DNA of 64,000 nt from Actinomycetota bacterium. Its GTDB lineage: Bacteria > Actinomycetota > Actinomycetes > S36-B12 > UBA5976. Where the stretch lies: NCBI GenBank assembly GCA_947452765.1, contig CANGDR010000001.1, forward strand, positions 194,657 to 258,656, read 5' to 3'. This document shows positions 10,582 to 21,009 of this stretch, piece after piece (within the stretch, counting starts at the first letter, position 1; each line of letters starts with the position of its first letter). The position numbers and the translations under genes are program-made. The notes beneath the pieces are model-generated. The model saw only the letters and a program-made list of their open reading frames with translations. It was not told the origin of the DNA and made no database searches.

Positions 10582-12522
10582 CTAAATGCGATCCGCGGGA
10601 CTTCCACGTTTCGCGCCGAACTGCGAGATTCGATCGAGCCCAATTCCCATGAACACGATCGCGAGCCCAGCAGCTAGACCCTTGCCAACGAGTGACAATT
10701 GCACGAAGCCATTGACCACGTCGTAACCAAGTCCACCACCACCAACTAGGCCACCTACGACGACCATAGCGAGCACATAGATCAATCCTTGATTAATTGC
10801 TAATGCTAGCGACTTACGACTGGCTGGAAGTTGTACTTTCGTGATCATTTGCCATGATGTGGATCCCGAAGCCGTTGCAGATTCGATCATGGTGACCGGA
10901 ACGGTGCGTATTCCCTCAGCGACCAGTTTCACAACAACCGGAAATGCATAGACGACAGCGGCAGCGATAGCGGTAAAACGCGTTGCCCCGAATAGGCCAA
11001 GTAGCGGAACCATGTACACGAATACCGGCAGGGTTTGCCCGGCATCCAGGATCGGGCGCATTATTCGATCAAAAGTTGCATTGCGACCTACCCCAACTCC
11101 CAATGCGATGCCAAGTAACAACGTCAGAACTGTTGCAGCCAGAACTTGAGTTAAAGTCAGCATGCTGTCTTGCCAAAGTCCAATAACTACGATGCCGCCA
11201 AACGACAGAGCTGCAATTAAAGCGGGACGAGATCCGCCGATAAGAAATCCAATTCCAACGATCATGGCGATGGTGAGGAACCACGGAGTTCCCGAAAGGA
11301 TCCACTCGAGTGGGTTAATGAAAGTGACTGTGATGGCATTTTGTAGGCCATCCGTTAAGAAGTAAAGATTTTCTTTCGCCCACTTTAGGGCACTGTTTGT
11401 AAAATTCTCCACATGCGGCCCGATATTTAGACTGCTGGGAAATACTGCCAGGGCCAGGATCGTACGTGACAGGTACATGAAAGTGAAAGCAATCGCCCCT
11501 GCGAGCACCACGCTTAGGCGACGACGCTTGATTTGTGATTCCGTCGGTGGCACGAAGTTGCGTGCGCGTGCGCCAGCGGCGCTAGCTGAACGGTCTAACA
11601 TGATCGCAAGAAATACGATCGCCAATCCGGCAACGAATCCCTTTCCCACATTCAATGTTTGAAGTGCTAGCAGAATTGTCTTCCCAAGTCCTGGTGCGTC
11701 AATTAGGGATGCGATTGTGACCAAAGACAGCGCGGCCATGACGCATTGGTTTACACCAACAATTATGGTTTCGCGTGCAAGTGGCAATTGCACCTTGCTA
11801 AGGATTTGGCGCTTTGTCGAACCCATTGATGTGGCTGACTCAATCACTGTGTGCGGTACGTGACGAATGCCGTGTGCTGTGATGCGAATGACTGGTGGAA
11901 TCGAATAAACCATTGTGGCGATGGTTGCTGATGCCGGGCCGATCAGAAAGATTAACGCTAGCGGCGTTAGGTATACAAACGTCGGCATGATCTGGGCGAA
12001 GTCAAGGATGGGTGTTAGCGCAGCTAGTGCTCGGTTAGAAATGCCGGCCCACACTCCAAGTGGCAATCCGATCGCAACCGACAAAATTACGGCTGCAATT
12101 GTTAAGGCAAGAGTGTCCGCTGTCTGTGTCCAAACACCTAGGAGACCGCAGCCAACTAAAAGCGAGACGCCAAGAATTGTGGTTTTTAGATTTGACGTGG
12201 CGTAGATTGCAAAACCAAAGAGAGCTACGACACCCGACCAGCCCAAGATGGGAATGAGGTTGTGACCTTCGGGCAGACTGATTACATCGCGGATTATCTT
12301 CACAAATGAATCGACAAAAGCGCGTAATGGATTAAAAAAGTACTTGAATAAGAAGCCTGAGTTTCGTTGGGAATCGATCTTTGCGGCCCAGTCGCCGAAC
12401 TTGGATTGGATGGGAGTCAGTGTGGAAGCGTCAAGGGGTTGCGTAGCCTTTCCATGCAAGACCACCCCGAGCACTGCCCAGAGTGCAACTATGATGGCTA
12501 CCTGGATCTTGCGGCTGCGCAT
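10582..12522 (-). CDS. proW: Betaine ABC transporter permease, tandem-fused double ProW-type domain
   Basis: The 646 aa polytopic membrane protein contains two internally similar permease halves, each with a binding-protein-dependent transport motif region. It has a TAATG junction with proV. Confidence 0.85.
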   Translation of the reverse strand: MRSRKIQVAIIVALWAVLGVVLHGKATQPLDASTLTPIQSKFGDWAAKIDSQRNSGFLFKYFFNPLRAFVDSFVKIIRDVISLPEGHNLIPILGWSGVVALFGFAIYATSNLKTTILGVSLLVGCGLLGVWTQTADTLALTIAAVILSVAIGLPLGVWAGISNRALAALTPILDFAQIMPTFVYLTPLALIFLIGPASATIATMVYSIPPVIRITAHGIRHVPHTVIESATSMGSTKRQILSKVQLPLARETIIVGVNQCVMAALSLVTIASLIDAPGLGKTILLALQTLNVGKGFVAGLAIVFLAIMLDRSASAAGARARNFVPPTESQIKRRRLSVVLAGAIAFTFMYLSRTILALAVFPSSLNIGPHVENFTNSALKWAKENLYFLTDGLQNAITVTFINPLEWILSGTPWFLTIAMIVGIGFLIGGSRPALIAALSFGGIVVIGLWQDSMLTLTQVLAATVLTLLLGIALGVGVGRNATFDRIMRPILDAGQTLPVFVYMVPLLGLFGATRFTAIAAAVVYAFPVVVKLVAEGIRTVPVTMIESATASGSTSWQMITKVQLPASRKSLALAINQGLIYVLAMVVVGGLVGGGGLGYDVVNGFVQLSLVGKGLAAGLAIVFMGIGLDRISQFGAKRGSPADRI

Positions 12523-13550
12523 TAGTTAATGCCTCCACCGATCACGCGCAATACATCTTGTGCATTCACAACACCGACTGGATTATTCCCGTCAAGAACT
12601 GTGACCGAACCATCTGCAGCCAAAATGTGCTTTGTTGAGTCGCGGATAACTGTGCTCGAAGGCAAAGTTGTGGTGGATACTTTTTCATCTGCTCTTGCAG
12701 GTCTAGCAATGGTACGCAACGTCAGAACGTGTGACTTTGGCACATCGCGGGTAAATTCAGCCACATAATCGTCGGCAGGATTTGCTATCAAGTCTTCGGC
12801 TGTACCCATTTGAACGACGGCACCATCTCGCATAATTGCAATCCGATCACCCAGTTTTATGGCTTCATCTAAGTCGTGCGTAATAAAAATCATGGTCTTA
12901 CCAAGTTCTTGGTGCAAGCGAATAACCTCAGTTTGCATGTCGCGACGAATCAGGGGATCTAACGCGGAAAATGGTTCGTCTAGAAACATAACTTCTGGAT
13001 CAACTGCGAGGGCACGCGCTAGTCCGACTCGCTGCTGCATGCCGCCAGAAAGTTGTTCCGGAAATGCTTGCTCGAATCCCTCTAGGCCAACTAGTTCTAT
13101 TACTTCACGGGCGCGGGCATGGCGTTTATCTTTGGCAACTCCGTTGACTTCTAATGAGAATGCAATATTGTCGATGACCTTGCGATGCGGTAGTAATCCA
13201 AAATTTTGAAAGACCATTGAGAACTGGGTACGCCGTAATTCGCGCAGGCGTGATTCAGAAGCTTTTAGTACGTCCTCACCGTTCATCACAACGCTGCCAG
13301 CGGTAGGTTCAATCAATCTGGTTAAACAGCGCACCAAAGTTGATTTTCCAGATCCGGAAAGACCCATAACCACAAAAACTTCACCAGGTGCGACGTCGAA
13401 GGAAACTTCCCGAACTGCGGCCGTATTACCCGTCTTCTCCCGCAATTCAGCACGCGGAAGTGCAGCATCAGGGCTGTCGACGATTTTTTCAGGATTCGGT
13501 CCGAAGACTTGCCAGAGGTTACGAACTGAGATTGCGCTGGTGTTAGACAT
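12522..13550 (-). CDS. proV: Betaine ABC transporter ATP-binding protein with C-terminal CBS pair
   Basis: Walker [10 protein letters not shown], signature [14 protein letters not shown] and Walker [12 protein letters not shown] are present, followed by a CBS-like tail. The real start is probably ATG 13550 ([15 protein letters not shown] 8 nt upstream). The ORF-track N-terminus (to 13781) overlaps betB and is rejected. Confidence 0.88.
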   Translation of the reverse strand: MSNTSAISVRNLWQVFGPNPEKIVDSPDAALPRAELREKTGNTAAVREVSFDVAPGEVFVVMGLSGSGKSTLVRCLTRLIEPTAGSVVMNGEDVLKASESRLRELRRTQFSMVFQNFGLLPHRKVIDNIAFSLEVNGVAKDKRHARAREVIELVGLEGFEQAFPEQLSGGMQQRVGLARALAVDPEVMFLDEPFSALDPLIRRDMQTEVIRLHQELGKTMIFITHDLDEAIKLGDRIAIMRDGAVVQMGTAEDLIANPADDYVAEFTRDVPKSHVLTLRTIARPARADEKVSTTTLPSSTVIRDSTKHILAADGSVTVLDGNNPVGVVNAQDVLRVIGGGIN

Positions 13551-15048
13551 TTTCATGACCCTCCGTTGCTTTAAACCAATCTGATCTTGCGGGTTTTTGG
13601 TTCTGCCAGATGTGTTTGTGTTCCAGGTATTCTGCAAATCCAGCTTCGCCAAGTTCGCGCCCAATCCCAGATTGCTTAAAACCACCCCATTCTGCTTGTG
13701 CCACGTAGGGGTGGTAGTCGTTAATCCAAATTGTGCCGTGCCGTAATTGTCGCGCAACGCGCTGTGCTTTGTCTGCGTCATTTGTCCATACGGCTCCGGC
13801 TAAGCCAAAAATAGTGTCATTTCCAAGTTTGATGGCTTCTTCTTCGGTGTCGAATACCTCAACTGTCACAACTGGCCCGAAAGATTCGTCCTGAACGCAA
13901 CTCATCTCAGACGTACATTCATCTAACACTGTTGGTCGGTAGAAAAAGCCATTCGCATATTTTTCACCTTCTGGCCGTTTTCCACCGGCCCGCAACACTG
14001 CACCTTCAGAAATTGCATCAGCAACATAGCGCTCAACTTTGTCGCGATGAGCAGCGCTTATTAATGCTCCAGTTTCAGCATCCAGATCATGCGAACCGCC
14101 CAGTCGAATCTGGTCAGCTCGGCGCGCAATTTCAGTTACTACTTGGTTATGAATCTTGCGCTCAACAAGTAAGCGCGCACCAGCTGAGCAAACCTGGCCA
14201 GAATGTAGGAATACTGCAGTTAGCGCATTATCTATGGCTGCATCTAAGTCAGCATCAGCAAAAATAATATTTGGATTCTTACCACCAAGTTCGAGTGCGA
14301 CCCTCTTGATGGTTTCAGCCGCATTAACCATCAATCGTTTTCCAGTTGCCAAACTTCCGGTAAATGAAACCATGTCCACGCCTGGGTGGGTGCTAAGTGG
14401 ACCGCCGGCGACGGCGCCAGAGCCAAGAACCAAGTTTGCAACACCAGCTGGTACGCCTGCTTCGCTCAGTACGTCCATCAACATCGAGGTAGTGGATGGC
14501 GTCAGTTCGCTTGGCTTGATTACAAATGTGCAGCCTGCCGCTAGCGCTGGCGCAATCTTCCAGGAAGCCTGAAGTAGGGGATAGTTCCAAGGCGTGATCA
14601 TTGCTATTACGCCAACTGGTTCGCTAACCATAGTGCTTCGAATATTTTCTCGACCAGTAGTTACTTCGCGCTCATGGGAAAGTGTTGCCCGTGTCGCAAA
14701 ATAGCGGAACACCGAAATAATATCGTCCATGTCGTAGTTAGCTTCAATAATTCTTTTGGCGGTATCGGCAGATTCAGCTTCTGCGAAGCGAGCCTTATCT
14801 CGTTCAAGAATGTCTGCAACTTGCTCCAAGATTTTGCCGCGTTGTTCGCCGGAGAATGATCGCCAATGACCCGAGTCGAATGCCGACCGTGCAGCGTCAA
14901 TTGCAGCGACCGTGTCAGATGCACTACCTTCATGGAAAATTGCAACTAAGTGTCCGTCGGCTGGGTGAAGTACATTTCGGATCTCGCCCGAGGAACTGCC
15001 AACACGTTCGCCGCCAATAAACAGTTCAGTTATCTTTTCGTATGCCAT
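13543..15048 (-). CDS. betB: Betaine-aldehyde dehydrogenase (NAD-dependent aldehyde dehydrogenase family)
   Basis: The 501 aa protein has the ALDH motifs ELGGKNP and catalytic Cys in GQVCSAG. Its context with betA and the betaine transporter supports the BetB call. Confidence 0.85.
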   Translation of the reverse strand: MAYEKITELFIGGERVGSSSGEIRNVLHPADGHLVAIFHEGSASDTVAAIDAARSAFDSGHWRSFSGEQRGKILEQVADILERDKARFAEAESADTAKRIIEANYDMDDIISVFRYFATRATLSHEREVTTGRENIRSTMVSEPVGVIAMITPWNYPLLQASWKIAPALAAGCTFVIKPSELTPSTTSMLMDVLSEAGVPAGVANLVLGSGAVAGGPLSTHPGVDMVSFTGSLATGKRLMVNAAETIKRVALELGGKNPNIIFADADLDAAIDNALTAVFLHSGQVCSAGARLLVERKIHNQVVTEIARRADQIRLGGSHDLDAETGALISAAHRDKVERYVADAISEGAVLRAGGKRPEGEKYANGFFYRPTVLDECTSEMSCVQDESFGPVVTVEVFDTEEEAIKLGNDTIFGLAGAVWTNDADKAQRVARQLRHGTIWINDYHPYVAQAEWGGFKQSGIGRELGEAGFAEYLEHKHIWQNQKPARSDWFKATEGHENV

Positions 15049-15059
15049 GACAGAAAACC

Positions 15060-15839
15060 CTACTCGCGTCCGAAGTCTGGTTTGCCAGAAAGTTTGGTTG
15101 CACTTAGTTTCACAATATGGCCCAATGTCTCAAAATCTGCAGACTTAATTCGACTGGCCGGACCCGAAATGCAGAGCGCGGCGATTACCTCGTCATGTTC
15201 GTCACGAATTGGGGCAGCGATCGCCACAAAGTCATTTTCCATCTCTTCATTAGCAACGGCGTAGCCAAGTTCTCGAACTTTAGCTAACTCTGCCTCGTAT
15301 GCCGAGACCGAAGTAATTGTGTTAGGCGTCAACTTTGCCCAAGTGTGCGGGCGAGCAGCTACGCGGGATTCTGGATCTAACCACGCAGATAAAACTTTTC
15401 CGGTTGCCGTGCAGTGGGGTGGCACGCTCTTTCCCAGCCAACTTCGCATCGTGACCATTGACGGACCAATGACTTGATCTACGTATAGGACTTCATTGCC
15501 TTCTAAGACTGCGATGTTTACGGTTTCGCCAACTTCTTGCGCTAGCGCCCTGGTGACTGTACGGGAACCTGACACCGCAGAATGGGAACTCGTTACCGTT
15601 CCAGCAAGACGCACCAATCCCATTCCAAGTCGATAACGTCCACGATCAGAAAGTTGTTCCACTAAGCCACGTGCTTGCAGTGCTGACATGAGTCGGGAAG
15701 CTGTGGACTTGTGAATTTCTAACTCACTGGCAATTTCGGTAACGCCGTATTCGCCTTGCTCAGCCAGGATCTCGAGGATCCGCAGGGCACGATCAACAGA
15801 TTGAACCGAACTACCTTCGATCAAATGACTGTTGCCCAT
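15060..15839 (-). CDS. IclR-family transcriptional regulator
   Basis: The 259 aa protein has an N-terminal wHTH (SVQSVDRALRILEILAEQGEYGVTEIASELEIHKSTASRLMSAL) and a C-terminal IclR effector domain. Confidence 0.85.
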   Translation of the reverse strand: MGNSHLIEGSSVQSVDRALRILEILAEQGEYGVTEIASELEIHKSTASRLMSALQARGLVEQLSDRGRYRLGMGLVRLAGTVTSSHSAVSGSRTVTRALAQEVGETVNIAVLEGNEVLYVDQVIGPSMVTMRSWLGKSVPPHCTATGKVLSAWLDPESRVAARPHTWAKLTPNTITSVSAYEAELAKVRELGYAVANEEMENDFVAIAAPIRDEHDEVIAALCISGPASRIKSADFETLGHIVKLSATKLSGKPDFGRE

Positions 15840-15868
15840 GACGCAACATTATGCGTCATGGGCAACAG
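15829..15868. promoter_or_regulatory. 17-bp perfect inverted repeat (CTGTTGCCCATGACGCA-N6-TGCGTCATGGGCAACAG) spanning the iclR start codon
   Basis: The arms at 15829-15845 and 15852-15868 were read directly and are exact reverse complements. The iclR ATG (15839-15837) lies inside one arm. On the minus strand the loop reads TAATGT, a TANNNT -10-like hexamer ending 6 nt before the ATG. The repeat lies 25 nt downstream of the fhs stop. Confidence 0.55.
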
Positions 15869-15893
15869 TTTCTAGCCCTTTTTAATTTTTTAT

Positions 15894-17561
15894 TTAAAAG
15901 AGACCTACAACTTCGCCATTTTCCAATTTGATGCTGTTAGCGGCTGGAACCTTAGGCAAGCCAGGCATAGTCATAATGTCACCAGTAACGACCACGATGA
16001 ATTCAGCTCCAGCACTCAGTCGAATTTCCCGAATCGCAACAGTGTGACCGGAAGGTGCACCCTTGGCTGCTGGATCTGTTGAGAACGAGTACTGGGTCTT
16101 TGCGATACAGATTGGGAAGTGACCGTAGCCAGCATCTTCAAATACCTGGAACTGATCTTTGACACTCTTGTCAGCTACAACTTCAGCAGCGTCATAGATT
16201 TCGCTGGTGATGGTCGCGACCTTATCCCAAAGTGACATGGTGTCTGGATAGAGCGGCTTGAATGCAGCGGTGCCACCTTCAACAATTTCAACGACTTTAT
16301 TAGCAAGCTCAATTGTGCCCTTGCTACCTTCAGCCCAGTGCGTGCAGCGAATTGCGGCTACGCCCATCTCGGCACAGAACTTCTGGACTGCAGCAAATTC
16401 CGCATCAGTATCAGTTGTGAAGTTGTTAACGCCAACAACTACTGGAACTCCGAATTTCTGTACATTGCGAATGTGGCGACCAAGGTTGGAAAGGCCTGCT
16501 TCAACAGCAGCCACATTCTCTTTACCTAAATCATCTTTGGCAACGCCACCATGCATTTTTAACGCGCGAACTGTCGCCACAATCACTGCAGCATCAGGTG
16601 CTAACCCAGCTTTGCGGCATTTGATGTCAAAGAATTTCTCGGCACCTAAATCAGCACCAAATCCAGCTTCAGTAACTACGTAGTCACCGAGTCTTAGTGC
16701 CGTGTCAGTTGCAAGCACCGTGTTGCAACCATGTGCAATATTTGCGAACGGTCCACCGTGCACAAATGCAGGGTTATTCTCAAGTGTCTGAACCAAGTTA
16801 GGCATCAAGGCATCTTTTAGAAGTACGGTCATTGCACCGTTGGCATTTAGTTGAGCTGCTGTGATCGGCTTCTTATCGCGGGTGTATCCCACAACAATAT
16901 TTCCAAGGCGACGCTCTAGGTCATCTAGGTCCATGGCCAAACAAAAAATTGCCATAACTTCGCTAGCAACCGTGATATCGAAACCAGCTTCGCGTGGATA
17001 GCCATTACCTGGCCCACCTAACGCAGCTGTGATCTCGCGAAGTGCGCGATCATTCATATCTATTACGCGCTTCCAAGCAATTCGTCGTACGTCAATCTCT
17101 AGTTCGTTACCCCAATAGATGTGGTTATCCAACATTGCGGAAAGCAAGTTATGAGCCGCACCAATTGCATGGAAGTCACCGGTGAAGTGCAGGTTAATGT
17201 CTTCCATCGGAACTACTTGGGCAAAGCCGCCACCAGCAGCGCCACCCTTCATACCAAAGCAAGGTCCAAGTGATGGTTCGCGCAGACAGATGATGGCATT
17301 TTTGCCAATGGCGTTAAGTCCATCGCCAAGTCCAACAGTTGTCGTGGTTTTACCTTCACCAGCGGGAGTCGGAGTCATCGCAGTAACTAGGACTAACTTT
17401 CCGCGTGGCTTATTTTTCAGCGACGAGATGAAGTCCATATTGATTTTGGCTTTGGTCGGACCGTAGTTCAGAACCGCGTCCGCTGGTATACCGATTTTTC
17501 CTGCAACCGAAACGATTGATTCAGTAGTGGCTGCCCGAGCAATATCGATATCTGATTTCAT
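15894..17561 (-). CDS. fhs: Formate--tetrahydrofolate ligase
   Basis: The 555 aa protein has the P-loop [15 protein letters not shown] and is FTHFS-like throughout. It has an ATGA overlap with the upstream methyltransferase gene. Confidence 0.95.
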   Translation of the reverse strand: MKSDIDIARAATTESIVSVAGKIGIPADAVLNYGPTKAKINMDFISSLKNKPRGKLVLVTAMTPTPAGEGKTTTTVGLGDGLNAIGKNAIICLREPSLGPCFGMKGGAAGGGFAQVVPMEDINLHFTGDFHAIGAAHNLLSAMLDNHIYWGNELEIDVRRIAWKRVIDMNDRALREITAALGGPGNGYPREAGFDITVASEVMAIFCLAMDLDDLERRLGNIVVGYTRDKKPITAAQLNANGAMTVLLKDALMPNLVQTLENNPAFVHGGPFANIAHGCNTVLATDTALRLGDYVVTEAGFGADLGAEKFFDIKCRKAGLAPDAAVIVATVRALKMHGGVAKDDLGKENVAAVEAGLSNLGRHIRNVQKFGVPVVVGVNNFTTDTDAEFAAVQKFCAEMGVAAIRCTHWAEGSKGTIELANKVVEIVEGGTAAFKPLYPDTMSLWDKVATITSEIYDAAEVVADKSVKDQFQVFEDAGYGHFPICIAKTQYSFSTDPAAKGAPSGHTVAIREIRLSAGAEFIVVVTGDIMTMPGLPKVPAANSIKLENGEVVGLF

Positions 17562-18997
17562 GCCAGTAACTCCTTCTTACGCTTGGCGACCCATTCGTCA
17601 AGCTCTTCCTTAATTGCTGCATCCATTGCAGGAGCTTCGTATTCACCAAGCATTTTATGCGCCATTTCATTGGCGCGAATGTCGGTGGTCTTGGAACCGT
17701 TGCGTGACCAGCGGTCGAAGTTGTCGGCAGATGACAGGAATGGCCGGTAGAAACAATCCCGGAATCGTTCCATAGTGTGCATTGTGCCTAAGAAGTGACC
17801 ACCGTGACCGGCTTCTTCATGCGAACCAAATGCAAGTGAGGCTTCGTCAATTTCGATCGGAGTGAATTCAGCTTGCATCATCTGCAGTAACTCAACATCC
17901 ATAACGAATTTTTCGTAACAGGCAACTAGGCCACCTTCGAGCCAGCCAGCGGTATGCATTACAAAGTTAGTGCCAGCCAGGAAGGTCGCATGCATTGTCA
18001 TCAAGGTTTGGTAACCAGCTTGGGCATCCATAGTTTGCGCTGCATTTAGACCGCCGCCACCACGGAACGGAAGTCCAAAGTGCCGTGCAATTTGTCCAGT
18101 GCAGAGTAGGCCCATTGCGGATTCTGGCGTGCCAAACATTGGCGAGCCAGACTGCATGTCAATGTTTGAAAGGAAGGATCCGAATACAACAGGGCAACCT
18201 GGACGAACTAGCTGAGCTAATGCGATGCCGCTTAATGCTTCCGCAATTTGCTGCACAAGTGATGCTGGAATTGTTACTGGGCTCATTGCGCCCATCAACA
18301 AGAACGGCGTTAGTACGCACGGTTGACCGGCTTCGCTGTATTCAAATAGTGACTCGAGCATGCGATCATCCCAACGCAAAGGGGAGTTGCAGTTAATCAA
18401 GGAAATGATTGCAGGAGTTTTTTCTATGTTTGCGCGGCCGCCGAATACGATCTCGGTCATCTTGATCGTGTCTCGGGCATTTAGTCCTGTAACAACGTTG
18501 CCCATATAGACCTTGTCGCTCAGGGTTTGGCAGGAATAGATCATGTCAATGTGACGGGTATCCAAGTCAGCATCATTTGGTTCTACAACTACCGAGCTTG
18601 CCACATCTAGATCAGTAAACATGTGGGTAAGTTTTGTGAGATTTCTGAAGTCTTCCAAAGTTCCATCGCGACGTACCCCAAGGTCACGAACGAACGGAGG
18701 GCCGTAAACGCCACCGAAAACCATATTGTCGCCACCAATGATGACGTTGTTCTCTGGGTTGCGAGCTTGTAGCGTGAATTCGCTTGGCGCCTGAGCAACT
18801 TGTTCCAAAATCCAGTCTGGATCGAACTTCACGTTGTTGCCTTCAACTTTTTGACCAGCTGCACGGAATAAATCCAGCGCGCGCTCGTGCATGAATTCGA
18901 CTCCCATTTCGGAAACGATGCGGCGCCATCCCTTATCAAGGACTGCCATGGCGTCCTTTGAAAGGATTTCGTACCGCGGGCTCTTGTTCTGGAACAT
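17558..18997 (-). CDS. MttB-superfamily (non-pyrrolysine) quaternary-amine:corrinoid methyltransferase, MtgB-like
   Basis: The 479 aa protein has trimethylamine-methyltransferase-family sequence over its full length ([43 protein letters not shown]). The reading frame is uninterrupted, with no in-frame TAG. Confidence 0.85.
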   Translation of the reverse strand: MFQNKSPRYEILSKDAMAVLDKGWRRIVSEMGVEFMHERALDLFRAAGQKVEGNNVKFDPDWILEQVAQAPSEFTLQARNPENNVIIGGDNMVFGGVYGPPFVRDLGVRRDGTLEDFRNLTKLTHMFTDLDVASSVVVEPNDADLDTRHIDMIYSCQTLSDKVYMGNVVTGLNARDTIKMTEIVFGGRANIEKTPAIISLINCNSPLRWDDRMLESLFEYSEAGQPCVLTPFLLMGAMSPVTIPASLVQQIAEALSGIALAQLVRPGCPVVFGSFLSNIDMQSGSPMFGTPESAMGLLCTGQIARHFGLPFRGGGGLNAAQTMDAQAGYQTLMTMHATFLAGTNFVMHTAGWLEGGLVACYEKFVMDVELLQMMQAEFTPIEIDEASLAFGSHEEAGHGGHFLGTMHTMERFRDCFYRPFLSSADNFDRWSRNGSKTTDIRANEMAHKMLGEYEAPAMDAAIKEELDEWVAKRKKELLA

Positions 18998-19208
18998 GTC
19001 CGGCTCCTGGCTCGTGGGTCACCTAATTAGGTAACGGCTCTAGTTACTCTGCCAAAGACTTGGGCAAATTAGTTGCCAAATCACTTGACGAATGGCTATG
19101 ACAATACCGTACTATGTGGAACATAGGTTCCAGATTATGAAAAATTATTTGGGGCTTCGAAGGTAAAAGAAAGTGCAGTTATTTCACTGTCTATATAAAG
19201 GAGGCGAG

Positions 19209-19964
19209 ATGGAAGAAAAGCCAGTTACTGGAACCCAATCCATTGATCGCGCCTGCGACCTATTAATTCGCGTTTTAAACAGTGACGATCCCCAGACCTT
19301 GAGCGAACTAGTTTCAGTAACTGGCTTGGCGAAGGGAACTACGGCAAGAATTCTTAGCGCTTTAGAGCGATCTGGCTTATTGGGCCGTAGCCCGATCGGC
19401 GGGTTTGAAGCTGGACCAGTTCTTAATCAGTTCGCAGTTCGAGGTGGCGCTTACACCGCACTAATTGGATCTTTGACTCCAGCTATGGAACGAATTGCCG
19501 ACATTACCCACGAAACAGTGAGTTTGGCGGTAACTGGGCACAACGGCATCGACAACATTGCGCAAGTCGAAGGCTCATATTTATTAGGAAGTCGCAACTG
19601 GGTTGGCGAAAGTGTCCCGGCTCACTGTTCAGCAGCTGGAAAAGTTTTGATTGCATTTGGAGCCGCGTCTGCGCCCGCCACGTTAGTGCCACGCACAGTC
19701 GAGACGATCACAGATTTTGCGGTACTAGATGCCCAGATCCGACGGGCGCACGAAGTTGGATTCGCAGTAATTCGAAATGAACTTGAACAAGGTTTGGTTT
19801 CGATCTCAATTCCAGTATTAGGGGATAATGGGAAAGCGATTGCTGCTTTGTCAGTTAGTGGCCCGGCTGAAAGAATTACCCCTGGCGATGAAATTCACAT
19901 CGCACAATTAATGCGTCGCGAGCTAAGCCAATTTCACGGCACACAACAAGAAGGAGCGGCATGA
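19209..19964 (+). CDS. IclR-family transcriptional regulator (second copy)
   Basis: The protein has wHTH and IclR effector domains. The start is taken at ATG 19209 behind an AGGAGG RBS; the ORF-track start is 19173. Confidence 0.85.
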   Translation: MEEKPVTGTQSIDRACDLLIRVLNSDDPQTLSELVSVTGLAKGTTARILSALERSGLLGRSPIGGFEAGPVLNQFAVRGGAYTALIGSLTPAMERIADITHETVSLAVTGHNGIDNIAQVEGSYLLGSRNWVGESVPAHCSAAGKVLIAFGAASAPATLVPRTVETITDFAVLDAQIRRAHEVGFAVIRNELEQGLVSISIPVLGDNGKAIAALSVSGPAERITPGDEIHIAQLMRRELSQFHGTQQEGAA

Positions 19965-20617
19965 CACCCGACGAAATTCTGACGGAACTGTACGAACGAA
20001 CCATGGAAGGTAATGCTCCTCGGGTACTTGAGCTAACCAAAATGGGACTCGAACTCGACATGACTCCGGATTCGATCTTGTTCGAGGCCCTGATTCCTTC
20101 CTTAGAAGAAGTTGGTGCCCGGTTCGAGCGGGGTGACTACTTCGTTCCTGAAATGCTTATTGCCGGTCGCGCGATGAGTGGCGCATTGGATGTCCTGCGC
20201 CCGCTCCTTGCTGATACTGGCGCCGAAACAGTTGGAACGTTCCTAATGGGAACTGTCAAGGGCGATGTGCATGACATTGGCAAGAACTTGGTGAACATCA
20301 TGCTCGAAGGTGCCGGCTTCCAAGTTATCGACCTTGGCGTACAAACTCCGCCTGAAAAATTCATTGATGCAATTAAGGAACACCAACCAGATGTTGTTGG
20401 TATGTCTGCATTCCTAACTACAACTATGCCGATGTTCAAGGTGAACATTCACGAAATCACCAAGGCTGGTATGCGCGACGACGTAATTATCATGGTCGGC
20501 GGTGCTCCGGTTACCCAGGAATACGCAGACGTAGTTGGCGCAGATGGTTATGCCGCCGATGCCTCCACTGCCGTTCGTAAAGCTAAGGAACTAATCGCAA
20601 TTAAGCGTGCTAAGTAA
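19961..20617 (+). CDS. Cobalamin-binding corrinoid protein (B12-binding_2 cap plus Rossmann B12 domain), MtgC/MtbC-like
   Basis: The 218 aa protein carries the DxHxxG base-off/His-on motif as GDVHDIGKN, followed by MSAFLTTTM and GGAPV. It has an ATGA overlap with iclR. Confidence 0.88.
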   Translation: MTPDEILTELYERTMEGNAPRVLELTKMGLELDMTPDSILFEALIPSLEEVGARFERGDYFVPEMLIAGRAMSGALDVLRPLLADTGAETVGTFLMGTVKGDVHDIGKNLVNIMLEGAGFQVIDLGVQTPPEKFIDAIKEHQPDVVGMSAFLTTTMPMFKVNIHEITKAGMRDDVIIMVGGAPVTQEYADVVGADGYAADASTAVRKAKELIAIKRAK

Positions 20618-20625
20618 CAAACTTC

Positions 20626-21009
20626 ATGACCACTTTCATTGCAACCGTAGAACACTTAGTCAAGGGACCTGTTTGGGGCTGCCAAGACTGTGGGCAATGC
20701 GTACTTCATTCGACCGGGATGACTTGTCCGATGAATTGCCCAAAGACTTTGCGTAATGGTCCTTGTGGCGGCGTGCGTGAAAACGGTAACTGTGAAGTAA
20801 AACCAGAAATGCAATGTGTTTGGTTGAAGGCGTATGACCGTACCGAGAACTGGCCACTGCCCAAGACTTGGAAAGCTGAATACAACCACCTAAGACCACC
20901 GGTTGATAATCGGCTCAAGGGAACTTCATCGTGGAAAAACTTTTTTACAAAGCGGGATCGCTGGACTCCAGCGGGCTGGGCTAAGTCCACCGACGAGGCT
21001 GGGCACTGA
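20626..21009 (+). CDS. Methylene-THF reductase C-terminal-domain protein (MetV-like, Cys-rich)
   Basis: The 127 aa protein has the Cys cluster CQDCGQCVLHSTGMTCPMNCPKTLRNGPCGG, characteristic of the small MetV partner of MetF in acetogens. Confidence 0.75.
   Translation: MTTFIATVEHLVKGPVWGCQDCGQCVLHSTGMTCPMNCPKTLRNGPCGGVRENGNCEVKPEMQCVWLKAYDRTENWPLPKTWKAEYNHLRPPVDNRLKGTSSWKNFFTKRDRWTPAGWAKSTDEAGH

Noticed and set aside
13551-13781. N-terminal 77-aa extension of the proV ORF (and similar extensions of valS to 57217, ettA from 37427, the permease from 34270, mobA from 31504 and soxG to 2719)
   Set aside because: The extensions overlap the neighbouring conserved gene or lack homology-like sequence. 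Internal starts with good RBSs begin exactly where the conserved family sequence starts.
17558-18997. Possible pyrrolysine (in-frame TAG) recoding in the MttB homologue and selenocysteine (TGA) recoding in fdsA (27288-30137)
   Set aside because: Both ORFs are uninterrupted. fdsA has Cys in the ARVCHSPTG active-site motif. No pyl or sel genes are seen in the window.
18998-19208. Cobalamin riboswitch upstream of the corrinoid-dependent genes
   Set aside because: I found no B12-box-like GCCACTG core in any intergenic region of the cluster. The only such string (about 20862) lies inside the MetV-like coding sequence.
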